DNA of 64,000 nt from Lytechinus pictus (taxonomy: Eukaryota). The stretch lies in NCBI RefSeq assembly GCF_037042905.1, contig NC_087245.1, positions 39,742,001 through 39,806,000 on the forward strand, read 5' to 3'. This document shows, piece by piece, positions 48,707 through 60,655 of this stretch (its first letter is position 1; the number at the start of each line of letters is the position of its first letter). The notes beneath the pieces are model-generated. The model did no database searches and had not been told where the DNA came from. It worked only from the letters and a program-made list of their open reading frames with translations. The translations under genes were made by a program, and so were the position numbers.

Positions 48707-49730
48707 CCAAGGAGCCTTGAACGCTTGAATTAGAAAATCGCTGAATTGGGTCTGAACTATAGACTAATATTTGAATGGACCAGACTGAACAGTATTAATT
48801 TGATATGTGTCTGAAACCCAGACTATATGTTTTATCTATTCCACTTACAGGGTCTGAATTTAAAGACTAAGGATACAATTTGAAACAGCAAAAGGTCTGA
48901 ATTTAAAGACTATATATGTTTATTTCACTCAAGAGTCTAAAATCAAGACTGGTATTTCCAAAGTACAGGAATGTATATTGTTGTTTTTTTTTTTGGTAAT
49001 TTTTCAAAGAAATCAAGGTATAGAAAATATTGTAAAATAAAGTATCTATATTGGTATGTTACATATATATTACAATTTGTTATTATCAGGGCAAATATTT
49101 TCACCATTTATGCCATTCAAGTACATGTATCTATGACCTGAAAAACTGTACGTAACTTGAGTTTGAAAGACAGAATTCATATAAACAGTTCATTTTATAA
49201 ATTTTTATCAGACTTTTATCTGATTCCCATTGTCGAGAAATATGGTATCGAACAATGAATTTATGCAAATGAAGCAGAGTATTTGAGTCAAAATTTGTTT
49301 TATTTTAAATTCAAAGGTCTTATCAAATTTGATTAAATTAATCATAGGCCTAGTTGATGCATTTTTGATACGTGGAAAAATGATAAAAACAAATGTCGTT
49401 TTTTATTAAGGTTGATTTATCTACATTAAGTATTTTCTGATATGTGGAGAAAAGATTAAGTATCTATGGGCTACAGCCATGTGTAAGTAAACACAATTGT
49501 GAATGGATGTTTTTCAATTAACAGTAAAATGAAGAGTTCGTTGTTAGTCAATTCGGTAAATTGGTATTTTCTTTGTATGCATTTGTCCAGCAAACATTAT
49601 GGTACTTTTGCAGATTGATGTCGTGTCCAGAAATGTTATGCGTTGGATACGTTAAACGGAAAGTAGCATAAATCTATTCATTTTTCAAGCCCATAGTTGT
49701 TGGGTAAATTTGTGAAATTTAAAGGAGCCA

Positions 49731-50812
49731 TGTTGTGAAAGTTGATTGAAAAATATATGATTTCTCATTTGATATTGATGTGAAATATTGCAGAAACATT
49801 ATTTTATATATTTCATATTTCCATGATGATATAACATTTATCACTGGTTATGTTTTATAAAAACCTTTGGTCATGTATATAGCACAGTGCATATATGTCA
49901 TTATCAATATTGCTTGTGCTAGGCATTTATTGACATAGCGCCAGCTAGTGTTCTCTCTAGGACAGTGTTTTCCATTGCACCAATCACTGTATGTAAACAT
50001 GGAAGAACTGACAGGTTTGAGGTGACACAATCATCCAAGTTCCAGTGAATTCTGGAAACCTGGTTATTGATTTGATACAATAAGGAGGCAAAGAGGTTAG
50101 TGTCTCATAGGAAGTCTTTATTTTATGAAATGATAAATGTTAAAGATGAAAATAAGTTGAATTATTTTAGGTTCTAAATCCAGCTACTGTGCATGTAGAT
50201 TACATAACAATTATACATTCACATGTGTGTTATAAGATTGTGTAAGCAAGAAATAAGATCAAGTCTATAGCTTATACATTAGATCCTCACATTTGAAGAT
50301 GACATAGTGATGAATAGGAGATTCATGTATGTTCACTGAATTTGATATTAGTTTACTGAAAATAAGATAATTCAGGATTTGTTTTGTGGAATTAATGACC
50401 AGAAAGGTTACACTATATGTAGGTCAGCAGAAAGTCAAGATATGGTAGCTTCATATTTAAAACACAAAGATACACCTGAAGTTATTGATAGTATAGTGGT
50501 AACTCTAATTGTTGTGTAAATCAATGTGTCAATATACACATTTTATTATCAGATTATAAGCACATTTCACAATAATTGTTTAGTTTGTTGCTTGAAGAAA
50601 GAGTGAATTATCAGATGATCACACATAAGTGTATACAATGTATTTATGATGCCTTTTTGTATGTTTCATTGATACAGTTTTCACGGAGCTTTTGGAGCTA
50701 TATCAAAGTTTGAAGATGATTAATCGAAATGAGATGAGTCAAGAATAAAGTCTCGAAGCTCCCGTAGAAGCCTTTGTCTGTGTTTCATTCGTGTACCTTG
50801 AATGCTGTCACA
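49731..50812 (+). repeat. 3' LTR
   Basis: Same length as the 5' LTR; no differences seen on inspection. Confidence 0.97.
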
Positions 50813-50850
50813 CTAACCATCCGGCGAACTAATTCAAAATCCAGTCGGTG

Positions 50851-51070
50851 CACACTTAAGATGCTGGGCAACATACTGTCCACTGTATTGGGTAATGTAT
50901 GTTGGTAAAAATACATAATATTCTGGGCAATCCAATTGAGCAAATTTATTATCCAATGATTAGTTTTTATAACCCGATTTGGGCAGATTTTAACAAATAG
51001 TTGCGTGGACAGTATATTGCCCAGTGATGGTTAAAAATTTGGCCTTTTTTGCCCAACATCTTTAAGAGTG
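50851..51070. mobile_element. MITE with CAC termini (EnSpm/CACTA-like)
   Basis: CACACTTAAGATGCTGGGCA ... TGCCCAACATCTTTAAGAGTG. Confidence 0.6.
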
Positions 51071-51349
51071 TAAGCAAGTCGTTAAACCTCGTCATTCACA
51101 ATTATTAAGTTTTAAACAAGTTGTTTAAAGCTTGAAAATAAGTTTGTTTTTAAAAAATGGTTTAATTTTCTGTTAGAGTGACGGATTTAAAAAAGCAACG
51201 TTTTTACAGTATCCGTAAATCTAAGGACGAGAAAGTGATCAGTGAGTAGTGCGAACTAATTCGAAATCCAGTCGGTGGCCTGGTATTTTAATTCGGTAAG
51301 GCACTATCTTCGTTATCGGGCTACCCGGAGAGAATGTAAAAGCCGTCAG

Positions 51350-52371
51350 AATATATCGACCAAGCAATTTTATCGCACTTTTTTAAATATTAATAACTCC
51401 GAAACCTCCAAGGTGTTTACTCGCTTTAATCAACTTTACAACATCGATAGGCAACATACTTCCAAATTGTTCACTTTTCCATTACGAATCACTATTGACG
51501 CCAGATTTCGAATCACACACTATGAAATTTTAAATAACTTAATACCTACAAATGAATGGCTCACAAAAATAGGAAAGAAAACCAATGCATTATGCTCTTT
51601 TTGCAATGCGACACCCGAGACATTGGACCATTTGTTTTTTGCATGCCCTAAAATAGCATCCTTTTGGAATGCGTTGCGTATGAGAGTGACTGATTTTAAT
51701 CCTAATTATTTCCTTTCACGAGATACTATTTTATTTGGATTACTAGAACCATTAAGTCAATCCACCTTAGCATTTAATTTTCTAATTTTACTTGGTAAAC
51801 AATTCATTTTGCGATGTAAAAACCAAGAGACTCTCCCTAGTTTGAAACAATTTAATTATTATCTTTTATCTTATAAAGTTACTGAGGAAATTATTGCAAA
51901 AAAGAAAAACAAACTCAATAAACACAATGTAAAATGGCAAAATATAAACAAGTATTTTTCCATTGCATAAGTTGTAACCACTGCAGATTAGTATTTTGTG
52001 TTAATCCTCTTTTAGTGAGTTTGTTTTATCTTCTGTTCATGTTGTAGTGATGGTGTTTTTTTGTCATACTTTCGGTCAATGTCAATACATGAAAATGGCA
52101 TATTTTTTGGGTTGCGCTTATACCCCCGGTGATGCCGCCAGGAAGACAGTGGACCGACGGATATTACCGTACCCCTTTTCTTTTTCGGTTAATGGATCGT
52201 CCTGTCGGCAGGACTAGGGTACAAGTTTTTATTCTGAGTACACAATTTATTTAGGATATGTTGTATGTACTTATACACAGTTTGTATCAATGTTCTGTTT
52301 GATTGAAGTGCAACGATATGTTTCGTATACTTTGATTGTTTTTGTGACGAATAAAAACTGCAAAGATAAAA
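51350..52371 (+). mobile_element. 5'-truncated L1/Tx1-clade LINE (ORF2 C-terminal zinc finger, 3' UTR, A tail)
   Basis: The frame to stop 51970 encodes IPTNEWL..CSFC..ETLDHLFFAC..FW (zf-RVT type). AATAAA and an A-run at the 3' end; 12-bp TSD AAAAGCCGTCAG at 51338-51349 and 52372-52383. Confidence 0.88.
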
Positions 52372-52606
52372 AAAAGCCGTCAGTCCTCTTGTGGCTTACT
52401 ATGGAAGAGCATTTCGTGCATTCATAGCTGACAGGATTATAACCACGACATGTGCCGGGTACCGACATGTACGTGAGGGTTTTTCGGAGGGTCTGGCTTT
52501 AATATAGAACAATTATTTTGATTTTTAGTATGAAAAAAAAAATTCACAAAAGGATGTACATTTATATGTACCAATATAGCCAAATTGGATGAAATGACAG
52601 TTTATT

Positions 52607-53013
52607 CCGGGGGGGGGGGGGGCAGTCAAATATATTGCTGTACACATGCGTGCCCGAAAAATGCGTATAAACATGATAAAGGGGGGGGGGTCGGTTTTGG
52701 ACGCGGGCCGCGCGTGCACTCGTTAAGGGTATAAAAACACCGATTTTAAAAAAAGGTGGTTTTAAAAAACTGGTCAATGGTAAATCGCGGGGTCAAACGT
52801 CTTTAGGGTATTTTTTTCCCCAAAGCTTTTTTTTAGGGGTCATATTCTGGCGACAACTTGTTTAGGGGCCAAAATGTGTAAATGAAGCCCGCGAAAAACT
52901 TGTTTAGGGGGTTATTTTGCACAAAGAGAAAAAAAATCGTTTAGGGGGTGTTTGGAAATAATTTGATTACGCATGCGTACAGAAATACATTTGACTGCCC
53001 CCCACCCCCCGGG
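52607..53013. mobile_element. MITE with CC(C)GG termini
   Basis: CCGG(G)nCAGTCAAATATATTGCTGTAC ... GTACAGAAATACATTTGACTGCC(C)nGGG. Confidence 0.75.
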
Positions 53014-53341
53014 TTTATTGAATTGAATTTATTTACACTGTGTAGATTCACATTGCAGTTCAGATCAGTCGCATATTCATGTATGACGTTATCGCGAGTC
53101 CAGTCACATGCAATTGAGAAGAGCAAAGTTCAAAACGTTATAGGCCTATAATATGGGCCTTGGTGTATATTATGCAAATTAATAGAAGGGACGCCTATCT
53201 ATATAGTGTCACTTGCATGGGGTTCACGATACCGTGTCGGTATAGAATGAATATTTTCAGCAAACACAGCCTTGCATAGAAAACCTTAAGATTATATATC
53301 AATTAGCCTATACTGCTTATGACAAAATATAAAGTAAAAGG

Positions 53342-56300
53342 ATGCCGCTTGTGGTTTTCATAACGGGATGCTCGTCTGGCATCGGGCTGACTACAGCTGC
53401 AACACTCGCCAAAGATCCATCCAAACGGTTCCTAGTTTATGCTACAATACTAAAGGTCTTTGAAGAAGAAACACGATTTCAAGAAGCCGTTGATGGAAAG
53501 CAGATTCTGGATCAGACGTTGTTTCCGATCCAAATGGATATCACCAACGATGAGTCAGTAAGGGATGCAGTTGCCACGGTGATGAAGCAACAAGGACGGA
53601 TAGATATTCTCGGTAAAAATAAGATTTTCGCGGTTTAAAGGTGCACGTTCCCGGGATTCAAGAGTGCGCTGCTGGACTATCCTGTACTCGCCGCCATCTT
53701 CATAACGAATCATCGACGTAATGTGCATGCAGCTGTCAATCATCAGCCAGTCGCGCCGCACATGTACACAATAATGCACCGTACAAATATACTTTCTGCT
53801 GCTTTTCGTTGGCCCAAACATCTGTTGACGTCACTTCACGCATCAAAGGGGGAGGGGCAAACCTACAAAGATATTCGTACAGCAGCCGAAGCGTATACGC
53901 GAGAGGAGAATTGCATTCAGAACATGATATACTGTACGTAAGCGTCGTATATTAAAAGTTGGAGTCCATAATTGGTAGCTAGCGCCGTCTGCAGCGCGTA
54001 CGTATGTAGAACAGTGCCCTCTTGAATCCCAGGAACGTGCGACTTTAAATACCACATGTATATACATGTACAAATTATAATGTTACCAGTGAGTCCATTG
54101 ATAACGGATTTAGATGAACAGCTGTTTTCTCTGAATCCTCAAACATACCGAAGGCACCGAGGCCCAATGGCGTATACCTTAAAACCTCGTTGGGGGTAAG
54201 GGGAGGGGGCCAACATTTTCTGACAGTAAAAAAATAAAAAGGAAAGAAAGAAAAGTCAAACGTTGTCGCCATTTCCAGAAGCAAAAACAAAACCACGAAA
54301 TGTTTGTACACAAGCCAGAAATAGGTTATCAAATTTGTGTCGGGGGCGCTCTGCCCTCGCCGTCCCACCCCCCCCCCCCCATTTAATTATGTATGAGACA
54401 TAGTGGCTTGGTATAACCAAGAGTGAAGAGTGACCACTAAATTGAGACTACTTTTTTTCTTACTCAGATTCAATGTCGTTGGACTCGAATCATTATACTC
54501 AGTCATTAATGTTTAAAACTCTTTCGAATAAGATATTAGTGTGAGTTCGTCGTGGTCTAGTGGTTTTGACGCCCGCTTTTCAAACAGAGTGTCGCGGGTT
54601 CGAATCCCTGACATGGCGTATTTTACTCCAGCAACAAATTCACCCTCACTGTGCTTCACTCGTGAGGTGAAGTGGTACCTGGCTGGATTGATTCCTTGAG
54701 TGCACCGAGCGCCGTTGAAAAACTGATAGCCCGAGCTAAAGCCGGGGTAATAATAGCGGCGCTTGTAATCCTCAGATAAAAAGCGTTAATAATTCTAGCT
54801 ATTCATTACTATCATGGTTATTATTATTATTTCTAATGATTGATATTGTATGGCACTGACGCAGTCAGTCTTGATGGTCTCTGTCTTTTGCACAAAAAGT
54901 TGCAATCAAACAACTCTGAAAAAAAATATACGTTCCTTGACTTTCAGCCAATCAAAAGCGACCATTCGGGACTTGCCACTGATTATTGGACTTTCGTTTA
55001 AACTCAACTTTATCCACAACGGGTCCCTAAAGTGATCATGTCAATTTTTGTTCCACGTAAGCCTTTTTTCAAAGGGGGACTCCGGAATGAAAATAAATAG
55101 GCCTATATCTAACTAAATATATAGAGTTAAAAAAAATTACTGAGAAAAGCCCTCATATCATCACTGTCTTATTTAATAACAAAGATATTGGATTTTATAG
55201 TTAAACAATATTTTTGAAAACAGTTATTAAGCACACCGTTATCAGGTGTGTTGATCGAGTCATGTCACCACTTTACTTTGTCTAATGCTGTTTGCATGAA
55301 ATCAGAAGTCAATCAAATTTCTGTCATTCTCGAACTACAAAATTTTAATAAATATAATTTCATGATATACAAAAGAATAAGTGGGAATATAATAATAATG
55401 ATAATACAGAGTATTTATAAAGCGCCAAATCCACATTGATTATGTGCTCAAGGCATCTTGGTAACTGCACATTCATGAAGAAATGCATAGAATTGTTTTG
55501 CCGAAATAATGCAAAACTTTGAAATATTATAACTTTGCTATTCTTTGTCCGGTTTTTGTCAGTGTTTTGTTAGTTTTTACTTTATTTGTTCAAATCATAT
55601 TTTTTTCTGCCAGGAGAACCCCTTTAATTTATCTTTTTCTTTGTTCGTAAGTGAACAACGCAGGAGTGGCGATGATAAACGTTTCAGAGACGGCTTCGGT
55701 TGAACAAGCCAAGAAATTATTCGACATCAATTTCTTCGGTAACTTCCGTGTCACAAAGGAAATACTTCCGGGGATGAAGAAACAGAGGTCCGGTCGCATT
55801 ATCAACATTTCAAGTAACAATGGAATATTTTGTAAGTTGGGAATTCTCTAATATAATTCTTCCTCACCTAACTCTCTCCACCAGAAGGAGTTGAGCGAAA
55901 TAGCAAATATCATTCCACATTAAACGAGTAGATATTTTTATAAAATGAATAAAACGTTAAAATATATTGATAGGAAAATGATTCAAAGAAATACACATCC
56001 ACTTCTCAAAGAGCATCACACTTAAACAATCGCGTTGCCTTACTTTTATATTCCCGACCTTTCGTTGGAGAACGCGAACGCTTATTTGCGACGGTAGTTG
56101 ATTTTGGAAGAGACTTTTGGGCCCGTCGTTATGGTCGTAAAACTCTGTCCTGCAATGCAAATTGTGTGACATGAGATTTTTTTTTCGTTTCGCATCTGGA
56201 ACGGAAACATTCAATCTGCGTTTCGTGTGCAAAATTCTGGTTGCTACTATGGTAACAGCGATATATCCGATTTAGGACGATTTTCCAAAGCCACATTTGG

Positions 56301-59300
56301 TTCCTCCCAGAGCTCGAGAGGCCGCCCGAGGGGCCCACTTCCATTGAAGAGTGGATACCAGGCGCGACTACGCGTAAAAAGGGAAAGAGTGGGCAAGTAC
56401 GTTACGTATAGGCCTATGTAATGTTATAAGGGTGTCAAAAACGATGTTTAAAATACTGAAAAGGAGGATATGTTTTCAATACTTGTAGGGTTTCACAAGC
56501 TAAATACTTGTCAAGAGATGCATTTTCATAATCTGGAAAAGCCTTGCTTCCCTTGTTTAGGGTGCTTTTCGAAACTGCATGGTCGTGCCTGGTATCCACT
56601 CATCAATGGAAGTGGTCCCCCGGGAATTCGAATCTAATCCCCCATTTCTGGGGAAAGTAAAACATAATGCCCATTACATTGTGTGCTAGAGGCATATCTT
56701 TGTGTGGGAGTAAACAAAAGAAAAAAACCCGCAATTTCGGCTGGCACGTGTTCAGACGTATACATGCTGTGTACATAATCAACGCATGCAAAATGGTTTC
56801 GGCTGGAGAGGTGATTTTACCCATGGAATCAATTGCCAGAGATCCACCAATAATCCACATTAAATGCAATATCGATTCGATGGACTGTAATGATCTATAT
56901 CTAAGCCTTAATTCAGTAACTTTTTCCTCACTCAATATGTACTCGATTTGTTTGAAAAACCACTTTCTTATCCATGTCATAGTCTATTGTAGGTCCTGCA
57001 TTTCGAATATCTCCAGACATCAGTCGTAATGTACATGCATGACTTGCATGTATGGTGCGGGTGTCGCGGGAAAGAATTTTGCACACGAAAAGCAGATCTG
57101 TAGGGCCTGTAACCCCCCTGTAACACAAAGCTTAGCAATGTTCTACGTTTGATTCTATTGACTATAATGTACAATCAATCTTAAAAATCAAGTGTATGCT
57201 CAAGCGTTAACTTTTGTGTTAGGGGACCCTAATATTAGCGTCCGTGATGATTGCGAAAGGTGGCTATTATCACTTCCAAGTCTCTGTTAAAGGGGGAACT
57301 CCAGGCTGAAAACAATATGATTTGAACAGATAAAAACAAAACAATGAACATTTTATCAAAATCTGACAAGGAATAACAAAGTTATGACATTTGATTGATG
57401 TGCATTATTTCGGTGAAACAGTTCTGAACTGTTTCACCGAAATAACACATGCATAGAATTGGGTGTTCATAGATATTCAATGAGCAAACTGATGTCATAT
57501 ACCCACGATTTCATGTGATAACATAAGAAAATGCAAAGTGGGGATGTGACATAATCAGCCCACCAAATTCATGATCACGTCCATAATCGTTTTCACAAAA
57601 CAATGCTCAACTTTATAATTAAATAACTTCGCTATTTATGAACAGATTTTGATGAAATTTTAAGCGTTTTGCTAGGTTAATTTTACTCTACTTAGATAAT
57701 TTATAATTATTTTCAGCCCGGAGTATCCCTTTAAAATCGCACAGGCCTTGACACACAACTCTAAAACTGTGGGTGTGAGCCTTAGCCTGTGCGCATCGGC
57801 CAAAATGCACAAGAAAATATAAAATGTTTTATCTTTCCTATCATTCCTAATTCTTACATAAAGGTAACCCTTATTTGGGATTATATGCAGCAACTAAGCA
57901 AGCTATTGAAGCTTTCAGTCAGGAGACAGCTATTATCGGTCGCTTCTTCGACATATGGTAGGTTTAAGAATAAATAAACATAAAAATAAATATTAGTCTA
58001 GTAATGAATAATAATAATAATAGTATTCCCAGTATTCTAGTTTCACAAATGAGTATTTAACTAATTTTTAAGCGCTTACTGATCGATCCTTTTTATATTG
58101 TGATCTAGCACCTCAGTTTTGAGAATAGGGTACCACGATTACTTTGAAGCTGATGAGCCAACGGAACGGGGAAGGTTGTGGGCGGATTGGGGCTTAAAGG
58201 GATGGTCCGGGCTGAAAATATTTATATCCTAATACGTAGAGTAGAATTCACTGAGCGAAATGCCGAAAATTTCATCAAAATCGGATAAAAAATAATAAAG
58301 TTATTGAAGTTTAAAGTTTAGCAATATTCTGGGAAAACAGTAGTCATGAATATTCATTAGGTTGGCTGATGATGTCACATCTCCACTTTCCGTTTTCTTA
58401 TGTAATTACATAAAACCATATTTTTTTCATTATTTCATACTTGTGTGAATAATATGTCTCCCTTATAATGAAATAAGTTGCAGCAAAAAATATCTAACGC
58501 ACTAAATCATTTGTCAATCCAATTTTTCTAGTTCTTGGAAGAAAAAATTTGAATGAACCTAATTTCATATAATAAAATACAAAAGAACAAGTGGGGATGT
58601 TACATCATCAGTCCACCTAATGAATATTCATGACGACTATTTTCACAAAATATTGCTAAACTTTAAAATTCAATAACTTTGTTATTTGTTATCCGATTTT
58701 GATGAAATTTTCAGCATTTTGCTCAGTGAATTCTACTCCATTTATTACGCTATAAATACTTTCAGCCCGGACCATCCCTTTAAGACCCCCCCCCCACACA
58801 CACACACACACACCCTTTCAGTAACCACAACTGTACAAAACGTGAAAATTAACATCAACTTGTGATTTTAATTAATGATATGCATATGCCCATCCCCCTT
58901 ACGTGCCGCGGCCCCTGTCATCTGTCTTATAACTCATTACAATTTGGAAACGTGACTGTGGGTGGGTATACAATAAAGCAATATAGAAATACATACATCT
59001 TATTGATCTTAATAAATGCGGTTAGATTAATTATATTCTTTACTCGATTGTGCATTTTATATAATGATTTCATTTAATCTTTCCAATCTTTCCGATTATG
59101 CATTTTTAGGATAATTTATTTTGATCTTTCCGATCCTCTTTTTATTATTATTATTATTATACAAAGGGTAAGTGTTATTGAGCCTGGTCCCGTTGACACC
59201 CCTATCCGAGAGACGATAATATCCAGTGGGATGGGAGGTGTAGAACATATCTTGCAGACTCCAGACATCGATGACCTCGATAAACGCCTAGTCAGGTACT

Positions 59301-59416
59301 TCGAAGTCGAGAGCGAGTACCACGGTCATCCGATGCAACAGCCTGAGGAAATCGCTGAGATCGTCATCGAAGCGGCCACCGCAGAGAAACCCCATTTTAG
59401 ATACCAGTCATCAAAG
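53342..59416 (+). CDS. classical short-chain dehydrogenase/reductase, RDH8/17beta-HSD1-like; 3'-partial
   Basis: join(53342-53612, 55652-55831, 57864-57957, 59167-59416) with compatible phases 1/1/2. Motifs TGCSSGIG, DIT, GRIDILVNNAG, INFFG, NISS, catalytic YAATK in a 94-bp exon absent from the ORF track, VSVIEPGPVDT, Q.PEEIAE..KPHFRY. The terminal exon was not identified. Confidence 0.9.
53639..54044. mobile_element. Kolobok-like MITE in SDR intron 1
   Basis: TTAA|AGGTGCACGTTCCCGGGATTCAAGAG ... CTCTTGAATCCCAGGAACGTGCGACT|TTAA. Confidence 0.8.
54543..54831 (+). mobile_element. tRNA-derived SINE (near full length)
   Basis: A box TGGTCTAGTGG, B box GGTTCGAATCC, GC-richer body and (TTA)n tail. 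Confidence 0.8.
55073..55623. mobile_element. Kolobok-like MITE (diverged)
   Basis: AGGGGGACTCCGG ... CAGGAGAACCCCT|TTAA; related to 57291-57730 and 58198-58779. Confidence 0.55.
56325..56624. mobile_element. MITE with CCCG termini
   Basis: CCCGAGGGGCCCACTTCCATTGAAGAGTGGATACCAGGC ... GCCTGGTATCCACTCATCAATGGAAGTGGTCCCCCGGG. Confidence 0.8.
57291..57730. mobile_element. Kolobok-like MITE
   Basis: TTAA|AGGGGGAACTCCAGGCTGAAAA ... TTTTCAGCCCGGAGTATCCCT|TTAA. Confidence 0.75.
58198..58779. mobile_element. Kolobok-like MITE
   Basis: TTAA|AGGGATGGTCCGGGCTGAAA ... TTTCAGCCCGGACCATCCCT|TTAA with long inverted arms. Confidence 0.88.
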
Positions 59417-59814
59417 GTAATTACTTCATTCCTTCCTTCCTGCATTCCTTCTTTTATTTCCATATTTTTTTATATTTCTCTCTTTCATTCTTTATATGTT
59501 TCTTCGATTCTTTCTTTCATTCTTTCTTTCCTTTTTTGTTGTTGCTTTCTTTAATTATTTCTTTTTTTTTCTTTTCTTTGTTACTTTCTGTTTCTTTTTA
59601 CCTCTCTCCTTTCGTCCTTCTTACTTTTCCTTCTTTCTTTTTTCCGTCCTTCTTTCTATCCTTCATTCATTCCTTCCTTCCTTCTTTCTTTTTTATATCC
59701 ACCTAACAAGGTAGATATGTGCGCAATATAAATACCCTATATTATTATTATTTTTCTTTTCTTTTATTCTTTTACGGAGCCCGAGAGGGGACATGCATGA
59801 ACATTTTTTTTTAA

Positions 59815-59894
59815 TAAGTCGTTCCCACCACTTATAAGTCGTTCCCACCACTTATAAGTCGTTCCCACCACTTATAAGTCGTTCCCACCACTTA
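59815..59894 (+). repeat. 4 x 20-bp perfect tandem repeat
   Basis: (TAAGTCGTTCCCACCACTTA)x4, probably subterminal repeats of a DNA transposon end starting ~59774. Confidence 0.9.
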
Positions 59895-60349
59895 TTTATA
59901 ACTACCACGTGATGGCATATAATTATGAAGAAGGGAGCAGTACGCCGCGCCCGCTAACTCCAGGAAGCTCCGACGCCGACGCCGAAGCTCTCAAACCAAG
60001 CCTGGCGAAAATCATCGAAATCGATGGATATAGCGCCAACGTCAACAGACCCGGGTACCCAACATTATAACAACAACAAGAAGAAGACCGGCATTCGATA
60101 TTCGATATTCAAACTGTGAAGTTGGTTTGATATTCAGGTTCGATATTCAAACGCGTGTGAAGTTGGACCAATATTCGATATTCGATATTCAAAAATTAGG
60201 GGTCTTGAAAGCTAACTAGGGGGTTAAACAGGTGCAGCACGTCTCGGGCAACCATAACAACACTGTCACTGGCCTGCCCTAGTAAGAGGACATTCAGGGG
60301 ACAAACGTCAGTGAATAAAAGGGCAGAAAATTGTTATTTTTCTTTTCGA

Positions 60350-60655
60350 GGGGCCCCCACATCCCGACGGCCTACCCAGGGCAACCATGTATCCTATCTT
60401 GTAGAACTGGACTCGGGCAACCAGATAAACACTAGCTTGACCCGGCGCATGCACATTTAGGGGGCTCAAATTAACAAAATTAAAGGAATAAAGGGCTATT
60501 TATTGCATTTTTTTAATTTAAAAAGTATTTTTTCAAGGGGCCCCCAGGGATATCCCGACGGCCTAGCAAGGGTAACCACGTATCCTAACTTGTAGAACTC
60601 GACTCGGGCAACCAGATAAACACTAGCTTGACCCGGCGCATGCACATTTAGGGGG
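60350..60655 (+). repeat. two ~115-bp direct repeats (period ~190 bp)
   Basis: ATCCCGACGGCCTA..CTTGTAGAACT.GACTCGGGCAACCAGATAAACACTAGCTTGACCCGGCGCATGCACATTTAGGGGGC occurs twice. Confidence 0.85.

Larger units (their letters stand above)
41793..50812 (+). mobile_element. full-length BEL/Pao LTR retrotransposon
   Basis: TG..CA LTRs of 1082 bp each; 5-bp TSD CTAAC (41788-41792 and 50813-50817); short purine tract AAAGGAGCCA before the 3' LTR; single gag-pol ORF. Confidence 0.98.

Noticed and set aside
48707-49730. env-like gene in the BEL element
   Set aside because: No ORF of 60 aa or more in the track; the region is AT-rich and non-coding.
51275-51349. N-terminus of the 231-aa ORF as a real gene start
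   Set aside because: The GTG start and first ~25 codons lie outside the LINE's TSD; the fusion to the truncated ORF2 is fortuitous.
59815-59894. CRISPR-like 20-bp repeats
   Set aside because: Head-to-tail copies with no spacers; an ordinary tandem/subterminal repeat.
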